This document shows, in pieces, positions 44,393 through 54,900 of a stretch of 64,000 nt of DNA. Each line of letters begins with the position of its first letter. Position 1 is the stretch's first letter. The position numbers and the translations under genes were made by a program. The notes beneath the pieces were generated by a model. That model was not told the DNA's origin, searched no databases, and saw only the letters and a program-made list of their open reading frames with translations. The DNA is taken from assembly GCF_964204645.1 (NCBI RefSeq), contig NC_134032.1, positions 5,108,175 to 5,172,174 on the forward strand, written 5' to 3'. This DNA comes from Tubulanus polymorphus (taxonomy: Eukaryota; Animalia; Nemertea).

Positions 44393-47205
44393 TAGCCATA
44401 AGGTAATGTTTTTATACCATCATCTGAAATATGCCTTTTATCATCAAATGGATTTAAACTAGTTTTTTCAACTTCATTAATGTACATCTCATGATCTTCT
44501 GATCTTAAACAATTCATTTTGTGTTTCATTACAATTGATTTATATAAACACTTTATATAATCTTGAAATTCTATATGTTTATCAACCACATGTTTTGTTA
44601 TTCCTTTTAACTATTTAGCTTCATGATCTTTTGTTCTATAACTATACATTTTACTTCTTATCCCAACAAATTCAATCATTTCATCACCTCCTAATTCATC
44701 TTTGAACTTACCAGGAATCTTTTTATTATCATTACTAAACAATTCATGATCTTTGGGGTAATTGCTAAAGTCGAAATAATGTTTCAATGTTTTTAAGTCT
44801 TTTGTTATATCATTTGTCTTGATTTTTAATATGTAACTGTCAGTATTGACTGCTATTAATGGAAATCCACAGTTAAATGTACCATCTTCAGTTGATAAAT
44901 CATAAACATAATCTGTTGGGTTATATATTTCAAATAAATCTTTAACTTCTTCAGTTAACTCATTTTCTACATGGCTTAAATTAAAGCAATTTGGTTTAGA
45001 TTTAATCAATCCAATATTCATATTAAAACCTAATGAATTGCATAATATATTTAATCCTGATATAGCAACTTTTCCTTTTTGAGCTAAAGATATTGTTTTG
45101 CGGTTTTTGAAACTTTTAGTACCATCTGCTGCATAGAATCCAATGAAGAACCATTTTCTTAAATTATTTTTTGCATTCAATACATAATCTGGAACTATCT
45201 TTTCTTTTGTTGAAGTATTACTTTTCACTATTGCATGAATATAGAATTCATCATTATATTTTGAGGCAAAATCTTTAGGATTATTTACAAATATTCTATA
45301 AACCGCGGATGATTTCATATGGTCCATGATTCTAAATGTTTTATGTGAATAAACTTCTTCACAGAATTTCTTAATTCTTTCTAATAATTTTAAGTCTTGA
45401 TTGCATAAATACCAACAATATTTATTACCCCAAACATATTTATACACACCTGCTGAACCATCACCCATGAAAAATCCTTTGATAAAATATTCTTTTTCTT
45501 CCAATGTTTCTGGTTCTATATTATAAATATTATCAATTATTTCATCAAATGACATATGATTCATTCTTGGGAAAAATCTTTTATGTAATAATTCATCTCC
45601 AATTTTTATATCAGTTGGTTTTATTTCATCGCCATTTTGTTTAATTAAACTATGATCTTCTGTAACATCTACAAATCCTAATTTAGTTCTAACTCTATAG
45701 ATTTTCTTATTTGTTTTATGTCTAATAATATTATTTAATTTTTTCCATCCATTTCTTGTCCAAACATCCATTAATCCATTTATTTGTATTAATTCTTTTT
45801 CACCGTATGAAATATAACATTCATTTTGTTTTGGAATTATTTCTGAAATTCTTCTTACCAATATTTTATCATTACATTTTAATAATATTGGGGTGTCAGC
45901 CGTTACAGAATCAAAATATAATATTTCAATATGCTTTTCTCCAAAAAGTGGCTGCAAAACATTATAATAAAAATCATACATTAGTAATTTTGATATTTCC
46001 AAAACAGTCGAACCTATAAATATTGGTTTATTAAATTTCATGGACGTTCTTTTTAATTTTACCGCTGTTAAATAATCTTCGAATCTTTTATTTTGTAAAT
46101 GTCTGGGGTTTGATTGTAAATGCCTTAATCTCTCAGAATTATTTACTAATTCGATATCACTTCTATTTCTAATATTTTCGCATGTTTTACCATAAAAACT
46201 ATTGTTCATCAATTTAAAAAAATCCTTCTCAAAATCAGTTTTTGATATTGTTCTCTGTTGAGTATTGAAATCTATATATTTTTCTAACCACTTTGATTGA
46301 TTAAATTTAATATACTTGTGCTTATATGCTTTCATATCTTTTTCTGTTATAAAGTTTGAATCATTTTTAAACATTTTATTACTTTTTGATGTTTTATTTC
46401 TTTTTGTATTATAAACATTTAAATCTAAATATATAATTTCATTCAATGTTAAGCCAGAACCCTCAAAATATCTTTCTTCAATATGACGTTTAAATTCATT
46501 TAATATTTTTTCTAACTTCTCTTTTATTTGTGTTTTTGAAATTATTTCTTCAGAGTGTGTTTGAATATTATAATCCATTTTTTCTTCTGACTTTATAAAA
46601 CTTACTTTCCCAGAGATACTAATTTTTGGATATTCAACATCTGTTATAAAATCTAGTATTTTTTCTATTATTTCATTAAATTTACTATAATCTTCTATTG
46701 TTGTACCTTTAAAAAATCTAAATATAATAGCTACAGGGCCAATTTTACTATGTAATGTTTCTAAGATTTCAATTGTATCTTTTATTTCTAGTGAATCAAT
46801 ATAATTTCTAACATTTTCCATGTAAGGTTTATTTGAAATGGATTTTGTTTTTGAAGTTGATTCTTTTACTTGTTGAGGTTTATTATCAAAATAATCTTTT
46901 CCTAAAACATTATTACTCAAATTTTGGTGGTGTTTTTGTGATTCGAGATGTCTATTATAATTCCTTTTTACTATAAATTCATTACAAACTTCACATTTTA
47001 TTTCATCCACATTCATATTTTCTAATCGTTCTTTTCTTTCATTAGAATTTTCTGGAGTTTCAAAATCTATTACATTTTTTATATGATTTGCAGTTTTTTC
47101 ATGTCGTGTTTTATGAGATGTATCGATGTATTTTTTACAATATTGACAATAATATTGATTTTTATTGACATTATTGTTTTCTGGTTGGTGTTCATTCTCC
47201 CCCAT
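44389..47205 (-). pseudogene. polB: pPolB of element C: exonuclease and motif A region deleted, intein-containing, nonsense codon at 44611
   Basis: N-terminal region homologous to B pPolB joins directly to FNQSKWLEKY...KLMNNSFYGK; YFD|intein|TDS; EAK*LKGITK continues to TLPYGY. Confidence 0.92.
44845..45909 (-). mobile_element. Intein with LAGLIDADG homing endonuclease (355 aa) in pPolB motif C
   Basis: Block A SVTADTPILL, block B VTEDHSL, LAGLIDADG motifs IKGFFMGDG and FIGFYAADG, block F YVYDLSTEDGTF, block G LIAVN/T; splits YFD|TDS, which is contiguous (YLDTDS) in B. Confidence 0.95.
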
Positions 47206-47292
47206 TTATTAGGAAAAAAAATTACTTGTGGTGATGAGTGGGGTGTCTCGCCCTCACGCCCTCTGATCTGAAACCCCACTTTTCTAAATACT
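47201..47292 (-). repeat. Right TIR of C
   Basis: Inverted copy of 32657-32748. Confidence 0.9.
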
Positions 47293-47298
47293 ATAGTA
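47293..47298 (+). repeat. Right TSD of element C (ATAGTA)
   Basis: Matches 32651-32656. Confidence 0.92.
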
Positions 47299-47844
47299 AT
47301 AGACATTGGTTGACACTAATTTAGTGTAAATTACCATTATTTGACATTGACTATGGAGAATTAGTTACGATTGAAACTATGGCCGAGATAGTGATAATTG
47401 TCGTCAACGAGAACTCGATGACATATCACAAGGTTTGGTTACTTATTTCCGTCTGCGTCTTAACCTTCTAGACGATGAAATAACTGTTTTATCGCTATAT
47501 AAACGAAATGATTATAACTACGTACTATTATTTTATAATAGAATACTGTTTTACCTAATGTATATGGTTATAATGGACGGCTAATGGTTTATTTTGACAC
47601 ATCCGAGACGCTATAGTTTGAATAGGTGTTATAATTATATGGGTTAATTGGGATGGAAAAATAAAATAGGGCGTAATTTAGTAATACCGATGGGGGGTTA
47701 TTTACTTAATTGAGGCAATTTTAAGATGTTTGATAAGATTATACGGGTTAGTAATTCGCTTTTAGAGGATTTGATTTTTTATCTCATTCTATTACTCGCT
47801 GTGGACCGTGCAACCCTAATATTAACCCACTACCGACTACGACG

Positions 47845-48511
47845 ATGGCTTTTTCCAACGACTTTTGGAAAAAAGAACAGGATGTGGAAAGAAGCGAAAT
47901 TCCAATTTTTTATACCGCTACCTGTGATGTTAAATGTCACTGCTGTATGAAACAACTGGGTCACGATGAGGATCCATTTGATTTCGTCACAAACTGTTGC
48001 GAGAAGATCATTTGCTTCAGGTGTTTCAGTGAGGCAGCGGCCGACCAGATCGACCAAGAACATATTATTTGCCCGCTTATGCGCATAAGCGGGTTTGAAG
48101 AACACCTCGATGAATTTTTTTCAAGCTGGCTGTTTTGGACAAGTACCCGGCTTGGATAGGGACGAAAACGTTTGTCGTGCATGCGCGCTCCGATACACGA
48201 CCGGACAGATGCCTTGTTGCAGCGAACCTGTGTGCAAAGAGTGTGTCGTACCGTTGAATGAATCGTCATCGTGCCAGTCATGTCAACAAAACATAGATTT
48301 AACTTGTTGTATTTGCTACGAACCATGTATCGATAAGCCAATGAGGTGTTGCAACAAACAAATACATGTAGCATGTATTAAAAAACTGAAAAATGTGCGG
48401 GGTTTCGAATGCCCTAATTGCCGAAATGCGTACAGTGATCCCATACCGTCGATGTTTCCGAGGGTCATGCCATCGTATAATGTCCAAAACGTATACTTCG
48501 ACGCTTACTAG
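47845..48511 (+). pseudogene. Triple RING-finger-like protein (frameshifted), element A cargo
   Basis: CHCC...CCEKIICFRC...CP; CRAC...CCSEPVCKEC...CQSC; CCIC...CCNKQIHVAC...CPNCR across ORFs 47845-48159 and 48095-48511. Confidence 0.6.
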
Positions 48512-48591
48512 TCGTCGCGGCTACATAGCAGGATATTTAAAAAACGGTGTAAAATATTTGTAAAATAATTATCTGTATAAATAATGTAATA

Positions 48592-48702
<111 letters not shown>

Positions 48703-48727
48703 AATTAATTAATAGTTCATTTTGTTT

Positions 48728-48827
48728 TAGTGGTGACTAGAGGAGAATAATAAAACGCGCAATTAAAAACCATACGGAATCGTGTTAAATCAGTTAATCG
48801 GATCAAAAGCCCTTTTTAGTGTATACG
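48728..48827 (-). repeat. Diverged direct copy of the A pPolB 3' end and downstream sequence (1355-1452)
   Basis: Shares TAGTGGTGACTAGAGGAGAATAATAAAACGCG...GGATCAAAAGCCCTTTT(T)AGTGTATACG. Confidence 0.85.
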
Positions 48828-48952
48828 AAATAATTACAAAGTCATTGTTCTATCGGATACGATGGCTCGGGCATTATAAACCCATTGTTTTAACATCCTC
48901 CTCACTGCTCCTCACTCCTCACTCGGTCCCAAAGTGACCCTATATAACTACT

Positions 48953-51900
48953 GACGATGTCGATGCGTAAAAGCGCTCAAATCGTCAGGAAAAGCACATT
49001 TCGACCCGAAAACGTCGATCGGAGCGAGAAAAGACGTTTTCTTATCGAATTTCCCCCTATCGGAAAAATGACGATGTCGATGCGTAAAAGCGCTCAAATC
49101 GTCAGGAAAAGCACATTTCGACCCGAATACGTCGTTCGGAGCGAGAAAAGACGTTTTCTTTTCAAATTTCCCCCCTATCGGAACAATGACGATGTCGATG
49201 CGTAAAGCGCTCAAATCGTCAGGAAAAGCGCATTTCGACCCGAAAACGTCGATCGGAGCGAGAAAACACGTTTTCTTATCAAATTTCCCCCTATCGGAAA
49301 AATGACGAGGTCGATGCGTAAAAGTGCTCAAATCGTCATGAAAAGCGCATTTCGACCCGAAAACGTCGATCGGAGCGAGAAAAGACGTTTTCTTATCAAA
49401 TTTTCCCCCTATCGGAAAAATGACGATGTCGATGCGTAAAAGCGCTCAAATCGTCAGGAAAAGCACATTTCGACCCGAAAACGTCGTTCAGAGCGAGAAA
49501 AGACGTTTTCTTATCAAAATTCCCCCCATCGGAAAAATGACAATGTGGATGCGTAAAAGCGCTCAAATCGTCAGGAAAAGCACATTTCGACACGAAAACG
49601 TCGTTCGGAGCGAGAAAAGACGTTTTCTTATCAAATTTTCCCCCTATCGGAAAAATGACGATGTCGATGCGTAAAAGCGCTCAAATCGTCAGGAAAAGCA
49701 CATTTCGACCCGAAAACGTCGTTCGGAGCGAGAAAAGACGTTTTCTTATAAAATTTCCCCCCTATCGGAAAAATGACGATGTCGATGCTTAAAAGCGCTC
49801 AAATCGTCAGGAAAACCACATTTCGACCCGAAAACGTCGTTCGGAGCGAGAAAAGACGTTTTCTTATCAAATTTCCCCCCTATCGGAAAAATGACGATGT
49901 CGATGCTTAAAAGCGCTCAAATCGTCAGGAAAACCACATTTCGACCCGAAAACGTCGTTCAGCGCGAGAAAAGACGTTTTCTTATCAAATTTCCCCCCTA
50001 TCGGAAAAATGACGATGTCGATGCTTAAAAGCGCTCAAATCGTCAGGAAAACCACATTTCGACCCGAAAACGTCGTTCGGAGCGAGAAAAGACGTTTTCT
50101 TATCAAATTTTCCCCCTATCGGAACAATGACGATGTCGATGCGTAAAGCGCTCAAATCGTCAGGAAAAGCGCATTTCGACCCGAAAACGTCGATCGGAGC
50201 GAGAAAACACGTTTTCTTATCAAATTTCCCCCTATCGGAAAAATGACGATGTCGATGCGTAAAAGTGCTCAAATCGTCATGAAAAGCGCATTTCGACCCG
50301 AAAACGTCGATCGGAGCGAGAAAAGACGTTTTCTTATCAAATTTTCCCCCTATCGGAAAAATGACGATGTCGATGTGTAAAAGCGCTCAAATCGTCAGGA
50401 AAAGCACATTTCGACCCGAAAACGTCGTTCAGAGCGAGAAAAGACGTTTTCTTATCAAATTTTCCCCCTATCGGAAAAATGACGATGTCGATGCGTAAAA
50501 GCGCTCAAATCGTCAGGAAAACCACATTTCGACCCGAAAACGTCGTTCAGCGCGAGAAAAGACGTTTTCTTATCAAATTTCCCCCCTATCGGAAAAATGA
50601 CGATGTCGATGCTTAAAAGCGCTCAAATCGTCAGGAAAACCACATTTCGACCCGAAAACGTCGTTCGGAGCGAGAAAAGACGTTTTCTTATCAAATTTTC
50701 CCCCTATCGGAACAATGACGATGTCGATGCGTAAAGCGCTCAAATCGTCAGGAAAAGCGCATTTCGACCCGAAAACGTCGATCGGAGCGAAAAAAGACGT
50801 TTTCTTATCAAATTTCCCCCTATCGGAAAAATGACGAGGTCGATGCGTAAAAGTGCTCAAATCGTCATGAAAAGCGCATTTCGACCCGAAAACGTCGATC
50901 GGAGCGAGAAAAGACGTTTTCTTATCAAATTTTCCCCCTATCGGAAAAATGACGATGTCGATGCGTAAAAGCGCTCAAATCGTCAGGAAAACCACATTTC
51001 GACCCGAAAACGTCGTTCAGCGCGAGAAAAGACGTTTTCTTATCAAATTTTCCCCCTATCGGAAAAATGACGATGTCGATGCGTAAAAGCGCTCAAATCG
51101 TCAGGAAAAGCACATTTCGACCCGAATACGTCGTTCGGAGCGAGAAAAGACGTTTTCTTTTCAAATTTCCCCCCTATCGGAAAAATGACGATGTCGATGC
51201 TTAAAAGCGCTCAAATTGTCAGGAAAACCACATTTCGACCCGAAAACGTCGTTCAGCGCGAGAAAAGACGTTTTCTTATCAAATTTCCCCCCTATCGGAA
51301 AAATGACGATGTCGATGCTTAAAAGCGCTCAAATCGTCAGGAAAACCACATTTCGACCCGAAAACGTCGTTCGGAGCGAGAAAAGACGTTTTCTTATCAA
51401 AATTCCCCCCATCGGAAAAATGACAATGTGGATGCGTAAAAGCGCTCAAATCGTCAGGAAAAGCACATTTCGACACGAAAACGTCGTTCGGAGCGAGAAA
51501 AGACGTTTTCTTATCAAATTTTCCCCCTATCGGAAAAATGACGATGTCGATGCGTAAAAGCGCTCAAATCGTCAGGAAAAGCACATTTCGACCCGAAAAC
51601 GTCGTTCGGAGCGAGAAAAGACGTTTTCTTATAAAATTTCCCCCCTATCGGAAAAATGACGATGTCGATGCTTAAAAGCGCTCAAATCGTCAGGAAAACC
51701 ACATTTCGACCCGAAAACGTCGTTCGGAGCGAGAAAAGACGTTTTCTTATCAAATTTTCCCCCTATCGGAACAATGACGATGTCGATGCGTAAAGCGCTC
51801 AAATCGTCAGGAAAAGCGCATTTCGACCCGAAAACGTCGATCGGAGCGAGAAAAGACGTTTTCTTATCAAATTTTCCCCTATCGGAAAAATGACGAGGTC

Positions 51901-54900
51901 GATGCGTAAAAGTGCTCAAATCGTCATGAAAAGCGCATTTCGACCCGAAAACGTCGATCGGAGCGAGAAAAGACGTTTTCTTATCAAATTTTCCCCCTAT
52001 CGGAAAAATGACGATGTCGATGCGTAAAAGCGCTCAAATCGTCAGGAAAAGCACATTTCGACCCGAAAACGTCGTTCGGAGCGAGAAAAGACGTTTTCTT
52101 ATCAAAATTCCCCCCATCGGAAAAATGATAATGTGGATGCGTAAAAGCGCTCAAATCGTCAGGAAAAGCACATTTCGACCTGAAAACGTCGTTCGGAGCG
52201 AGAAAAGACGTTTTCTTATCAAATTTTCCCCCTATCGGAAAAATGACGATGTCGATGCGTAAAAGCGCTCAAATCGTCAGGAAAAGCGCATTTCGACCCG
52301 AAAACGTCGTTCAGCGCGAGAAAAGGCGTTTTCTTATCAAATTTTCCCCCTATCGGAAAAATGACGATGTCGATGCGTAAAAGCGATCAAATCGTCAGGA
52401 AAACCACATTTCGACCCGAAAACGTCGTTCAGCGCGAGAAAAGACGTTTTCTTATCAAATTTTCCCCCTATCGGAAAAATGACGATGTCGATGCGTAAAG
52501 CGCTCAAATCGTCAGGAAAAGCACATTTCGACCCGAAAACGTCGATCGGAGCGAGAAAAGACGTTTTCTTATCGAATTTCCCCCTATCGGAAAAATGACG
52601 ATGTCGATGCGTAAAAGCGCTCAAATCGTCAGGAAAAGCACATTTCGACCCGAATACGTCGTTCGGAGCGAGAAAAGACGTTTTCTTATCAAAATTCCCC
52701 CCATCGGAAAAATGACGATGTCGATGCGTAAAAGCGATCAAATCGTCAGGAAAACCACATTTCGACCCGAAAACGTCGTTCAGCGCGAGAAAAGACGTTT
52801 TCTTATCAAATTTTCCCCCTATCGGAAAAATGACGATGTCGATGCGTAAAGCGCTCAAATCGTCAGGAAAAGCACATTTCGACCCGAAAACGTCGATCGG
52901 AGCGAGAAAAGACGTTTTCTTATCGAATTTCCCCCTATCGGAAAAATGACGATGTCGATGCGTAAAGCGCTCAAATCGTCAGGAAAAGCACATTTCGACC
53001 CGAAAACGTCGATCGAAGCGAGAAAAGACGTTTTCTTATCAAATTTTCCCCCTATCGGAAAAATGACGACGTCGATGCGTAAAGCGCTCAAATCGTCAGG
53101 AAGAGCACATTTCGACCCGAAAACGTCGATCGGAGCGAGAAAAGACGTTTTCTTATCGAATTTCCCCCTATCGGAAAAATGACGATGTCGATGCGTAAAA
53201 GCGCTCAAATCGTCAGGAAAAGCGCATTTCGACCCCGAAAACGTCGATCGGAGCGAGAAAACACGTTTTCTTATCAAATTTTCCCCCTATCGGAAAAATG
53301 ACGATGTCGATGCGTAAAAGCGCTCAAATCGTCAGGAAAAGCACATTTCGACCCGAAAACGTCGATCGGAGCGAGAAAAGACGTTTTCTTTTCAAATTGT
53401 CCCCCTATCGGAAAAATGACGATGTCGATGCTTAAAAGCGCTCAAATCGTCAGGAAAAGCACATTTCGACCCGAAAACGTCGTTCGGAGCGAGAAAAGAC
53501 GTTTTTTTTTATCAAATTTCCCCCCTATCGGAAAAATGACGATGTCGATGCGTAAAAGCGCTCAAATCGTCAGGAAAAGCACATTTCGACCCGAAAACGT
53601 CGTTCGGAGCGAGAAAAGACGTTTTCTTATCAAATTTCCCCCCTATCGGAAAAATGACGATGTCGATGCGAAAAAGCGCTCAAATCGTAAGGAAAAGCAC
53701 ATTTCGACCCGAAAACGTCGTTCGGAGCGAGAAAAGACGTTTTCTTTTCAAATTGTCCCCCTATCGGAAAAATGACGATGTCGATGCTTAAAAGCGCTCA
53801 AATCGTCAGGAAAAGCACATTTCGACCCGAAAACGTCGTTCGGAGCGAGAAAAGACGTTTTTTTTATCAAATTTCCCCCATATCGGAAAAATGACGATGT
53901 CGATGCGTAAAAGCGCTCAAATCGTCAGGAAAAGCACATTTCGACCCGAAAACGTCGTTCGGAGCGAGAAAAGACGTTTTCTTATCAAATTTCCCCCCTA
54001 TCGGAAAAATGACGATGTCGATGCGAAAAAGCGCTCAAATCGTAAGGAAAAGCACATTTCGACCCGAAAACGTCGTTCGGAGCGAGAAAAGACGTTTTCT
54101 TATCAAATTTCCCCCTATCGGAAAAATGACGATGTCGATGCGTAAAAGCGCTCAAATCGTCAGGAAAAGCGCATTTCGACCCGAAAACGTCGTTCAGCGC
54201 GAGAAAAGGCGTTTTCTCATCAAATTTTCCCCCTATCGGAAAAATGACGATGTCGATGCGTAAAAGCGATCAAATCGTCAGGAAAACCACATTTCGACCC
54301 GAAAACGTCGTTCAGCGCGAGAAAAGGCGTTTTCTTATCAAATTTTCCCCCTATCGGAAAAATGACGATGTCGATGCTTAAAAGCGCTCAAATCGTCAGG
54401 AAAACCACATTTCGACCCGAAAACGTCGTTCGGAGCGAGAAAAGACGTTTTCTTATCAAATTTTCCCCCTATCGGAACAATGACGATGTCGATGCGTAAA
54501 GCGCTCAAATCGTCAGGAAAAGCGCATTTCGACCCGAAAACGTCGATCGGAGCGAGAAAACACGTTTTCTTATCAAATTTCCCCCTATCGGAAAAATGAC
54601 GAGGTCGATGCGTAAAAGTGCTCAAATCGTCATGAAAAGCGCATTTCGACCCGAAAACGTCGATCGGAGCGAGAAAAGACGTTTTCTTATCAAATTTTCC
54701 CCCTATCGGAAAAATGACGATGTCGATGCGTAAAAGCGCTCAAATCGTCAGGAAAAGCACATTTCGACCCGAAAACGTCGTTCAGAGCGAGAAAAGACGT
54801 TTTCTTATCAAAATTCCCCCCATCGGAAAAATGATAATGTGGATGCGTAAAAGCGCTCAAATCGTCAGGAAAAGCACATTTCGACCCGAAAACGTCGTTC

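Larger units (their letters stand above)
32657..47292. mobile_element. Polinton element C (group-2 type, 14.6 kb, internally deleted pPolB with intein) nested in element A
   Basis: AGTATTTAG...CTAAATACT termini, ~92-bp near-perfect TIRs, 6-bp TSD; gene set homologous to B. Confidence 0.95.

Noticed and set aside
44609-44613. Programmed stop-codon readthrough or alternative genetic code (TAG/TAA in pPolB, integrase, ATPase)
   Set aside because: Stops occur at different positions in B and C, replace different residues and co-occur with frameshifts; ordinary pseudogenisation explains them.
47299-47700. Possible degraded gene interrupted by element C
   Set aside because: All frames contain multiple stops and I could recognise no convincing motif.
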